The notes below the pieces were generated by a model. That model made no database searches and had not been told where the DNA came from. It saw only the letters and a program-made list of their open reading frames with translations. From Chiloscyllium plagiosum (Eukaryota): 64,000 bases of DNA. Of the stretch, positions 53,388 through 64,000 are shown one piece after another (positions within the stretch are counted from its first letter, which is position 1; each line of letters opens with the position of its first letter). The stretch covers positions 59,833,088-59,897,087 of the forward strand of contig NC_057719.1 in assembly GCF_004010195.1 (NCBI RefSeq), in the 5' to 3' direction. A program made the position numbers and the translations under genes.

Positions 53388-54129
53388 ATTGAATAATAGG
53401 GTGGTTATGGTAGGGGATTTTAACTTTCCAAACATAGACTGGCACTGCTGTAGTGTTAAGGGTTTAGATGGAGAGGAATTTGTTAAGTGTGTATATGAAA
53501 ATTTTCTGATTCAGTACGTAGATGTATCTACTAGAGAAGGTGCAAAACTTGGCCTACTCTTGGGAAATAAGGCAGGCCAGGTGACTGAGGTGTCAGTGGG
53601 GGAGCACTTTGGGGCCAGCAACCATAATTCTATTAGATTTAAAATAGTGATGGAAAAGGATAGACCAGATCTAAAAGTTGAAGTTCTAAATTGGAGAAAG
53701 GCCAATTTTGATGGTATTAGGCAAGAACTTTCAAAAGCTGATTGGGGGCAGATGTTCGCAGGTAAAGGGACGGTTGGGAAATGGGAAGCCTTCAGAAATG
53801 GGATTATGAGAATCCAGAGAAAGTATATTCCTGTCAGGGTGAAAGGGAAGGCTGGTAGGTATAGGGAATGCTGGATGACTAAAGAAATTGATGGTTTGGT
53901 TAAGAAAAAGAAGGAAGCATATGTCAGGTATAGACAGGATAGATCGAGTGATTACTTCGAAGAGTATAAAGGCCATAGGAGTATACTTAAGAGGGAAATC
54001 AGGTGGGCATCAAGGGGATATGAGAGAGCTTTGGCAAATAGAATTAAGGAGAATCCAAAGGGTTTTTACAAATACATTTAAGGACAAAAGGGTAACTAGG
54101 GAGAGAATAGGGACCCTCAAAGATCAGCA
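53388..54129 (+). mobile_element. CR1 ORF2 N-terminal fragment
   Basis: VVMVGDFNFPNIDW, HFGASNHN, KENPKGFYKYI. Confidence 0.93.
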
Positions 54130-54284
54130 GGTCAGGCAGCATCCAAGGAACAGGAGAATCCTGAAGAAGGGCTTATGCCCGAAACATCGATTCTCCTGTT
54201 CCTTGGATGCTGCCTGACCTGCTGCGCTTTTCCAGCAACACATTTTCAGCTCTGATCTCCAGCATCTGCAGCCCTCACTTTCTC
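54125..54284 (+). mobile_element. PLE family A hairpin insertion; hammerhead core 54161-54188
   Basis: TSD ccctcaaagatcagca at 54114-54129 and 54285-54300; 36-nt inverted arm. Confidence 0.92.
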
Positions 54285-55049
54285 CCCTCAAAGATCAGCA
54301 ATATGAGCAGTGTTCTTTGCTTAGGGACTGTTGTTTTTCAGTCAGTCAATATCTGTAGGACACAAAAGAAGTGTATTTTCTGACTTTAAACCTACAGTGC
54401 AAATCTATGGAATGCCTTATCTAAAAAGTATTTGGACTTTATTTTGAAACTAATCAGTTTTGAAACCATTTCATTTTATATTCAATTGTTAATTTTTTTA
54501 AAAGAATTCTGAATTATATTCACTAAAGTCTTCCAGTACAAAATGTACTTTTGCAGTATGTGTGGCAGTTGATAAGTATAAATAATTGTCAGCTGGCCAG
54601 TGTGCATTGACCTGGTCATGTAGATTCTTTTGTGAATTTCATTGAATGTAGTGTCGTGATAAGAGACTAAATGTTATAATCTTCATTTCAACCGGCCAGT
54701 AAACTGTTTCAGATGGATAGTTGCGGTTTGCTCATGTTAACACATTATGCAGAATTGGAAACACACGTTTTACCTTGGCTAGGTTCCTATAATATTCAAG
54801 TAATCAACTGCTCATAGCAGTTGGAGGTCAGTCATCTCTGCTCCAGGGCATCTGTGCAGGAGTTCCTCAGGATGGTGTCCTAGGCCCAACCACCTTCAGC
54901 TGCTTCAGCAATGACCTTCCCTCCATCATAAGGCCAGAAGTGGAGATTACACAATATTCACCATTAGTGATTCCTCAGACACTGAAGCAGCCTGCGTCCA
55001 AATGCAACAAGATCTGGACAATATCCAGACTTGGGCTGACAAGTACAAA

Positions 55050-55805
55050 CGCTTAATGGTAAGGTCCTAGGGAGTGTTGCTGAACAAAGAGACTTTGGAG
55101 TGCAGATTCATAGCTCCTTGAAAGTGGAGTTGCAGGTAAATAGAATAGTGAAGAAGGCATTTGGTATGCTTTCTTTTATTGGTCAGAGTATTGAGTACAC
55201 GAGTTGGGAGATCATGTTGCGGCTGTACAGGACATTGGTTAGGCCACTGTTGGAATATTGTGTGCAGTTCTGGTCTCCTTCCTATCAGAAAGATGTTGTG
55301 AAACTTAAAAGGGTTCAGAAAAGATTTACAAGAATGTTGCCAGGGTTGAAGGATTTGAGCAATAGGGAGAGGCTGAACAGGCTGGGGCTGTTTTCCCTGG
55401 AGCGTCGGAGGCTGAGGGGTGACCTTATAGAGGTTTATAAAATCATGAAGAACATGGATAGGATAAATAAACAAAGTCTTTTCCCTGAGGTGAGGGAGTC
55501 CAGAACTAGAGGGCATAGATTTAGGGTGAGAAAGGAAAGATATGAAAGAGACCTAAGGGGCAACTTTTTCTCACAGAGGGTGTTATGGGTATGGAATGAG
55601 CTGCCAGAGGAAGTGGAGGAGGCTGGTACAATTGCAACATTTAAAAGGCATTTGGATGGGTATATGAATAGGAAAGATTTGGAGGGATATGGGCCGGGTG
55701 CTGGCAGGTGGGACTGGATTGGGTTGGAATATCTGGTCGGCATGGACGGGTTAGACCGAAGGGTCTGTTTCCATGCTGTACATCTCTATGACTCTATGAC
55801 TCTAT
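55050..55805 (+). mobile_element. CR1 3' fragment
   Basis: Open ORF2 C-terminus and tail tctatgactctatgactctat. Confidence 0.95.
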
Positions 55806-56489
55806 CAACAGTTCTGTGTCAACTTATCCACTCTGTTACATTTATTTCTATGGCACATAGAAGTCTAACTTCATCATTTGGATTCTTGCTCGGATTTCAA
55901 AATCTCCTGGGCTAAAAAAAAGAGCATGGGCAGTATACGCAAAAATGAAATGCAATAATTTTTCTTTCTTTGATCTATTATTTTCACTTCAAAGTAATTC
56001 TTAAGAAGGGAAGAAATGAACTTGCATTTGTAATCACACTTTTCAAAACCCTAAAATATTCCAAAGCACTTTACAGTCAATGACATACTTTTGAAGCACA
56101 GACACTGTTGGAGACTAAGGTATAAAGTTCTTGGATCTTCATAATAACTAAACATTTTGTATCAAAGGAAATCCTCAAACAATATTGTTGAACAATTTAC
56201 TCTTTAAACAAAGCCTCTGTTTCAATAATGGTCTCATAACTGTTTGCATATATGAATGCTCACTTACAAGATATGGGAATAAAATTCAGTGGTGGGTGGG
56301 GAGAGGGGTCAAGTGCACAAAAAGTATGTGAAAGAAATCCAGACCCAGCTTTACTCCCAATTGACCTTCCCTTCCATTCATTTCAAGTGAAAGGAAAATA
56401 GGACAGAACGCCAAATGAGTGAATGTAAGAACACAAGAAATTGGGAGCAAGACCATGGCCAATTCAGCCTGCTCTGCCAATGATAAAGT

Positions 56490-57840
56490 TATGGAGTCAT
56501 GGACTCATAGAGTCATAGAGATGTACAGCATGGAAACAGACCCTTCGGTCCAACCCGTCCATGCCAACCAGATATCCCAACACAATCTAGTCCCATCTGC
56601 CAGCACCCGGTCCATATCCCTCTAAACCCTTCCTATTCATATACCCATCCAAATGCCTCTTAAATGTTGCAATTGTACCAGCCTCCACACTTTCTCTGGC
56701 AGTTCATTCCATACATGTACCACCCTCTGCAAGAAAAAGTTGCCCCTTAGGTCTCTTTTATACCTTTTCCCCTCATCCTAAACCTATGTCCTCTAGTTCT
56801 GGACTCCCTCACCCCAGGGAAAAGACTTTGTCTATTTACCCTATCCATGCCCCTCATAATTTTGTAAACCTCTATAAGGTTATCCCTCAGCCTCCGATGC
56901 TCCAGGAAAAACTGCCCAGCCTGTTCAGCCTCTCCCTATAGCTCAAATTCTCCAACTCTGGCAGCATCCTTGTAAATCTTTTCTGAACCCTTTCAGGTTT
57001 CCCAACATTTTTCCGATACGAAGGAGACCAGAATTGCACACAAAATTCCAACAATGGCCTAACCAATGTCTTGGACAGTTGCAACAAGACCTCCCAACTC
57101 CTGTACTTAATACTCTGACCAATAAAAGACAGCATACCAAATGCCTTCTTTACTATCCTATCTATCTGCGACTCCATTTTCAAGGAGTTATGAACCTGCA
57201 CTCCAAGGTCTCTTTGTTCAGTAACGCTCCCTAGGACCTTGCCATTCATGTATAAGTCATGCTAAGATTTGCTTTCCCAAAATGGAGCACCTCGCATTTA
57301 TCTGAATTAAACTCCTTCTGCCACTTCTCATCCCATTGGCCCATCTGGTCCAGATCCTGTTGTAATCTGAGGTAACCTTCTTCGCTATCCACTACACCTC
57401 CAATTTTGGTGTCATCTGCAAACTTACTAACTGTACCTGTTATGCTCGCATCCAAATCATTTAAGTAAATGGCAGAAAGTAGTGGACCCAGCACCGATCC
57501 TTGTGGCACTCCACTGCATCAATCTTCTTTGTTACTTCTTCAAAAAACTGAATCAAGTTTGTGAGACATAATTTCCCATGCACAAAGCCATGTTGTCTAT
57601 CCCGAATCAGTCCTTGCCTTTCCAAATACATGTGCATCCTGTCCATCAGGATTCCCTCCAAGTAACTTGCCCACCATCGAGGTCAGGCTCACTGGTCTAT
57701 AGTTCCCTGGCTTGTCCTTACCACCCTTGTTGAACAGTGGCACCATGTTAGCCAACCTCCAGTCTTCCAGCACCTCACCTGTGACTATCTATGGTACAAA
57801 TATCTCAGCAAGAAGCCCAGCAATCACCTCTCTAGCTTCC
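56490..57840 (-). mobile_element. CR1 RT and 3' end with an internal deletion near 57515
   Basis: QHGFVHG, PQGSVLGP, FADDTK. Confidence 0.95.
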
Positions 57841-57894
57841 GAATTAAAATATAAGCCATAACTATTAATTTAACCTGAGACAGTGTTTTGTAGA

Positions 57895-58040
57895 GGAATA
57901 AGATGGTGTTATTTTCTGGGTCTGTAGACTGTGAAGAAGCAAAAATGGCCTTTAGTAGAGTGATATGTGCTTTTTGTCCAACGTGGGAGTTTAAAGAGAG
58001 TTTAAGGGTTACTGCGGATTATATCTGCAATAAATGCTGT
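57895..58040 (+). mobile_element. CR1 5' UTR/ORF1 start fragment (Cys-rich finger)
   Basis: MAFSRVICAFCPTWE...YICNKC. Confidence 0.55.
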
Positions 58041-58054
58041 TGCTTGTATCAAAG

Positions 58055-59400
58055 TGGTCTACAGCACAGGAACAGACCCTTTGGCTCAATTTTTCCTTGC
58101 TGATCAGATTTCCTTAATTAATCCTATTTGCCTGTGTTTGGCCCACATTCCTCCAAACCTTTTCTATCAATGTACCTGTCAAAATGGCTCATAAATGTTT
58201 TAATTGTACCTGCCTTTACCATTTCCTCCAGATGCTTATTCCAAATACGCACCACCCATTGTGTGAAAAAGGTTGCCCCTCAGATCCCTTTGAAATCTTT
58301 CTTCGCTCACATTAAAACAATGCCCTCTGGCTTCGGACCCTAACAGACTGGGGAAAAGACGTTGGCTTTCACCTTGTTATGTCCCTCATGATTTCACAAG
58401 ACAATGTAAGGTAACCCCTCAGCCTCTTACCTCCAGGAAATATATCACGGTCTATCCAGCCTTATAACTCAAACCTTCCAGTCTCTGTAACATCCCTCAT
58501 AAATCCTTTCTATATCAGAGTGACCAGAATTGTACTCAATACTCCAAATGTGGCCTTACCACTGTCCTATATAGCCGTAACATGATGTCCCAATTCCTGT
58601 ACTCAGTATTCTGACTGATGAAAGCAAGCATGCCAAATGCCTTCTTCACCATCCTGTCTACCTGTGATGCTACTTGCAAAGAAATATGTACCTGCACCCT
58701 AATTTCTCTCTGTTTGACATCACTCCTTAGGGCCCTACCATTAATTGTATAAGTCCTGCCCTTGCTTGTCTCACCAAAATGGAACACCTCACATTTATCT
58801 GAATTAAACTCCATTTGCCATTCCTCAGCCCACTAGACCAGTTGATCAAGATCCCATTGTACTTGATGATGGAGTGTCCACAACATTCACACTCTCTGAG
58901 TGAAGAAATTTCTCTTCATCTCATCTTAAATGATCACCCCCTTATCCTGATAGTGCCTTCTTGTTCTCGATTTCCCCAGTCATGGGAAACAACTTTAACA
59001 AGCCTTCCCTATCAATCCATTTTAGAACCCTTTAATGAGGTCACCTCTCATTCTTCTAAACTCCAGAGAATATAGACCCAAATAATTCAACCACTCATCA
59101 AATGAAAATGTTCCATTACAGGCACCAATGTAGTGACATTTCACTGTAATGCATATATATCCTTCCTTAAAGATGTAGAACAGCATTGCATTTAATATAC
59201 CCATTGTGACTTCACCAAAGAATTGTACAATTGTAGCTGCAGCAAGATTTATTTAGTCTTGGACTTCAATTGCTTTGCAAAAAGGTTAACGTGGCATTTG
59301 CCTCCTGATTGCTTGCTCTATCTGCATACCAACTTCGTTTGTTTCTTGTACAATACATCCTAATCTCTTTGAACATGAATATTTACAAGTTATAAACATA
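58055..59400 (-). mobile_element. Two CR1 3' fragments (58055-58862 and older 58865-59400)
   Basis: MEFNSDKCEV, RPHLEY, RRMRGDLI. Confidence 0.85.
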
Positions 59401-59435
59401 TTAAGCTATTCAGCCCCTTTAATGAAAGGGCTGTC

Positions 59436-60227
59436 ATAGAACATAGAACATAGAAAAATACAGCGCAGTACAGGCCCTTTGGCCCTCGATGTTGCGCCGA
59501 TCCAAACCCACCTAACCTACACCAGCCCACTATCCTCCATATGTCTATCCAATGCCCGTTTAAATGCCCATAAAGAGGGAGAGTCCACCACTGCTACTGG
59601 CAGGGCATTCCATGAACTCACGACTCGCTGAGTAAAGAATCTACCCCTAACTTCTGTCCTATACCTACCACCCCTTAATTTAAAGCTATGCCCCCTCCCA
59701 GATGCGGCCGCACCAGAGTCTTATACAACTGCAACATGACCTCAGTACTCCGGAACTCAATTCCTCTACCAATAAAAGTCAGTACGGCATATGCCTTCTT
59801 CACCGCACTATTTACCTGGGTGGCAACTGTCAGAGATCTGTGTACATGGATACCAAGATCCCTCTGCTCATCCACACGACCAAGTATCCGACCGTTAGCC
59901 CAGTACCCCATCTTTTTGTTACTCTTACCAAAGTGAATCACCTCACACTTACCTACATTGAACTCCATTTGCCACCTTTCTGCCCAGCTCTGCAGCTTAT
60001 CTATATCCTGCTTTAACCTGACACATCCTTCCTCACTGTCAACATCTCCACCGACTTTCATATCATCCGCAAACTTGCTCACCCAACCTTCTAGCCCCTC
60101 CTCCAGGTTATTTATAAAAATGACAAACAGCAATGGTCCCAAAACAGATCCTTGCGGAACACCGCTAGTAACTGCACTCCAAGATGAACCTTTACCATCA
60201 ACTACTACCCTCTGTCTTCTTCCAGCC
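59436..60227 (-). mobile_element. CR1 fragment (ttctatg-tail subfamily) with an internal deletion near 59698
   Basis: SGVPQGSVLGP, FADD, WQMEFN. Confidence 0.93.
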
Positions 60228-61583
60228 ATCTACCCAGTAGATGGACCATTCTACAGTAACTGGGAGCCACCAATAGGCCAACAATATTATGTTGTATGCT
60301 TCTTTGATGAGCACTAATGCTAATACTTTACTCCATAGTAGTTTATCTCCATTTTCACCAACTAATTCTTTCTCTTCACTTTTGCAGGTATTTGAGATAC
60401 CCAAGAATTCACAAGGAAGAAGAGGCCTCAATTTGAGCCACCCCACACCAGCAGCACCTTGAAAAAGGAAGCCTGTGAACCCTCAGTGTATGCAGTGACA
60501 AGGTGTTCACACACCCTCTGCCAGTATAGAAACAATCACTGAGAGGAATATTGTAACTAGATTAGATTGAGGGCACAATTTGGGGAGTACAACTGGTTGA
60601 CACATGTCCACAGCCAGAGGAAGGAGAAATGCCTCTGATACTGATGACGGAGACCAGGCAGACCTGATGGAGACCTGATAATGGAGACCTGATGACGGAG
60701 ACCAGTCCCATGCAGACGACATGTCGGCTTTATTTGACATGGTCACCCTGCAAAGAGAGGCATGGAAATATCAGGCAGGTGGGCCAGAACAATGGAACAA
60801 AGATGGAGGAACCAATCCACATTCTCACTATTGTGGTGGCTGTACCCCCAAGAAAAGGGTGAATGGCCACCTTGGAGACCCAGTTGGAGCAGAGTGCTTG
60901 GTAGCTGTTCAATACGTGCTCAGACCTTCTCTCCATCACCTTAGCCGTGTGTGCTCAGCCTCAATCTCAAAGTGAGAGGGGATGAGTGATCTCAACCCTC
61001 CTCCAGGTGCTTCTGCCTCTCAAAGAGACAGGGTGGTGCTAGTATTGCTCAACCCTCACATATACCTAATTGGAGAGGTGGTGGAATTTGTGATGGCTTC
61101 ACATATTTAGGAAGGAAAGATTAGTCCTATGTTTGGATTTCACAAGGTCAACTCACGTGCCCTGTTTTTCCCACTACAGAACCCCTGGATAAAACTGAAA
61201 TTGTAGACTATTTCAACCACTGTCAAAGAGAATGCTCAGGCATAGCAAAAGTACAGGGTAGGACATGTACTCTGAAAGTTTGAAGGGATAGTGATGTAGA
61301 AATGCTCAAATTTTCAGGTAAAGTGACACCTTGTAATCCTCATGTAGGAGTTGACCTCTTGATGTGATTTATTTCTCTTTGCCACAAAGACCATTTTAAT
61401 TAAAAAATCCAGGAGCAACTTGTAAAGGAAGTGTTTACTGTATCACAGCAGATATATTGCTAATGTTTGTTTAGGACAAGGATTGCGCAGGCAGTTAAGG
61501 GGTGTAGACATCAGGTCTACACTTGAAAGTGCTAAATATTTTATTACACAGTTATGAATAATGAAAATAAATAATCCAATACC

Positions 61584-62395
61584 AAAAATCCAAAGCACTC
61601 TGGATGCTGAAAGTCAGAAACAAAAAGAGAAATTGCTGGAAAAACTCAGCAAATCTGGTAGCATCTGTGGAGAGAAAGCAGGGTTAATATTTTGGGTCCA
61701 TTGACCCTTCCTCAGAACTGACTGGCACTGGGAAGTTCCTGATGAAGGGCTCCTGCATGAAACGTTGATTCTCCTGCTCCTCAGATGTTGCATGACCTGC
61801 TGTGCTTTTCCAGCACCACACTCTTGACTCTGATCTCCAGCATCTGCCGTCCTCACTCTCTCCTGTCACTGGGAGTAGGTTGGTATTCATGTTAATGTTG
61901 GATGGGGGGGGTGGGGGCGGTGGGTGTGGAAGGAGTAAACAATAGGTTGAGATAGAACCTAGAACCTAGATAGAGAGACAACAACACTTGGGCAGACAAA
62001 GAAATTAGTAAAGGTCAGTCTGGGAGAATGCATAGCTGCTAATGGGGACAATTTGTAGCTGACAATTAATTGTTTGTGGTAGCAGCCCATCTGATGTCAA
62101 GGCCCGGATTGGGGTAAGAACATGGGAAAATTTGCTGAAGCGCTAAATTTATTAAACTCAATACTGAGTCCAGAAAACTGTAGGGACCCCAAGCAGAAAA
62201 TGAGTTGCTGTTCTTCCAGCTTGCACTGAGCTTTATTGGAGTCATGTCTGAGACAGTGATGTGGCCAGGAAATACAGTCTTGTGTTGAAGTGGCAAGCAA
62301 CTGGAAACTCAGGGTCATTTTTGTGAACAGAACTTGGTGCTCTGCAAAGCAGTCACCCAGTCTACACTTCATTTCCCCAATGTAGAGGAGACCTT
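61584..62395 (-). mobile_element. PLE family C 3' fragment with GIY-YIG remnant and decayed hammerhead (61683-61718)
   Basis: LYIGEMKCRLGDCFAEH; gtt-ctgagga-a-gggtc-aatg-gaccc on the minus strand. Confidence 0.82.
61734..61866 (+). mobile_element. PLE family A short insertion nested in the family C element
   Basis: TSD cactggga at 61726-61733 and 61867-61874. Confidence 0.85.
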
Positions 62396-62759
62396 GTGAG
62401 CAGTGAATCAGACTTCATGGCTATTCCTAGCTGAACTGGGTTTCAACTGTAGGCATCTCTTACAACAGTATCCACAGGAAAGCCAACCAGAACACATTGA
62501 ACTTACATTTAAACTAGTAAACCTTCTTGTCCAATGACCTTGTTAGTTTGCTTCCTAAATCAATCATTAACCTTTCTGACAATGCAATTATTTCCTGACA
62601 AAAATTTGCTTACTCTTCAGTTTAGTTTTAAAGTCCAAATCTAATCACATGGTACATAAGCCACAAGACTTAATGAGGTCATGGTGAAAGACTTCTAAAG
62701 TGATTAGATGAAACATGTGTTTGGATTTGTAAAGAAACCAGGTTCAGATTTTAGAGGGG

Positions 62760-62789
62760 GAGAGAGAGAGTGAAAGAGAGAGAGAGAGA
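62760..62789. repeat. (GA)n microsatellite
   Basis: Seen directly. Confidence 0.85.
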
Positions 62790-63050
62790 ATTATGACACC
62801 TATCTGCATCTTATGTGTTTTTGGTTAAGTCCAATTTCCATTGAGATTTCTGGGGCCTTGCTGGTTTTCTTGGTCTATCTTACTAAATTCAGTGCATTCA
62901 TTACCTACTCCACCCTAATTGGTTTCTTACACTTGATTTCTGCCTTATCTTACCATTGGCAGATCCCAGAACAACTCATCACTCAGCGGGTATCTTTAAA
63001 AGGTCACTGTATTTGAAGTTGCTCTGCTCAATGACAAACAGAGTTGAAAC

Positions 63051-63274
63051 ATGATGGAGAAGGTAAAGACCTCCAATAGCAATCTGGAGATTCTGGTGAA
63101 TGAGGTTGTACAAAGGAGTGATATCCTCAACTTGGAGGACCAGCAGAGGAGTCTGCACCACCAAACTCTGCTAGTTTGGTGTGAGGTCACTACCCAGGTC
63201 ATTGCTATCTCCAGAGTGCAAAAAAAAGCTAGTAATGCTGCAAGAAAGTCAATGACTTTCCCTGCTGCACCAGG
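63051..63274 (+). mobile_element. Harbinger-type Myb/SANT-like DNA-binding ORF remnant
   Basis: NLEILVNEVVQRSDIL...WCEVTTQVIAISRV, frameshift, then CKKVND, followed by a GTAAAT donor-like site. Confidence 0.65.
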
Positions 63275-63520
63275 GTAAATGCCACACTTTCTCTGCTGCC
63301 TCCAACTCACTCTATCTTGGCTCACTCATTCCATGAACGATCGTGATCTACTGCTTTCACTATTGCATACAACACCATTCTGGCTCACCCTTCACCAGGT
63401 CTCACACTGATAATCTGCATGCCCTGTGTGCTGCCTCTGCATGCCCTTTGGTTCACCTCACCACTTTTTCACCACATGCACCAGGACTAACAGACATGAC
63501 ACTCACTGTAATCTCATTTC

Positions 63521-63610
63521 TTCTGATGAAGGGCTTATGCCCAAAAAAATCGATTCTCCTCGGATGCTGACTGACCGACTGTGCTTTTCCAGCACCACAC
63601 CCTCGACTCC
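63521..63610 (+). mobile_element. Decayed PLE family A short copy lacking the tail
   Basis: ctgatgaagggcttatgccc...ttccagcaccacac. Confidence 0.75.
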
Positions 63611-64000
63611 ATTCTCCCCCTTTGTTCATTACAGTACAGAACACCCCATAAAAGGGGAGAACGCGACTATATTGGTAGAAAGGTGCCCAACATTGATTTA
63701 GTTACTTTATTTACTTCTCTTGGATGATAAACCATTCTATTTATTGTTCAGACCAAAGCTGCAGCATTGCGTGCTTATGTTTCAGTGACAGACCACCTTG
63801 TTAATTAAGTAAAATAACACTATATGATTTATCAAGTCAGCTTTTAGTCTGGGATCAGAGTTGTCCTATAATAACATCAGCTGTGATCATAACTCAAAGG
63901 AGACAACACGTAAGCAGGGCAACATGATGCAGTAAGTCTAAAGCATCATCCAATATCAGTCCCAGGAACTGGACATGGTTAGTTGGCCACTAGGGAGGGT

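Noticed and set aside
55100..55915. 271-aa ORF as a host gene
   Set aside because: It is CR1 ORF2 C-terminus reading through the 3' tail; the same applies to the other CR1-derived ORFs

Overview
Vertebrate, almost certainly cartilaginous-fish (shark-like) intronic or intergenic DNA. This is inferred from the HE1-type V-SINEs, a Deu-domain SINE and dense CR1 LINEs. I can support no host protein-coding exon. The window is a nested mosaic of decayed transposons: many CR1 fragments, two separate L1 pieces, Gypsy pol and Harbinger transposase/Myb remnants, and SINEs. It also holds a ~4.3 kb 29-bp satellite, a ~370-bp inverted repeat pair and two assembly gaps. The main signal is more than 20 complete or partial minimal type I hammerhead ribozyme motifs (CUGANGA-A-stem II-GAAA-palindromic stem III-NUH) from three Penelope-like (PLE) families. 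They occur in decayed RT/GIY-YIG elements and in 65-270 bp non-coding insertions with their own target-site duplications. Many of these insertions are inverted hairpins with a constant 31-40 nt unpaired tail. One young copy carries a compensatory U3-A8 catalytic-core pair. All calls were made by eye, without database searches.
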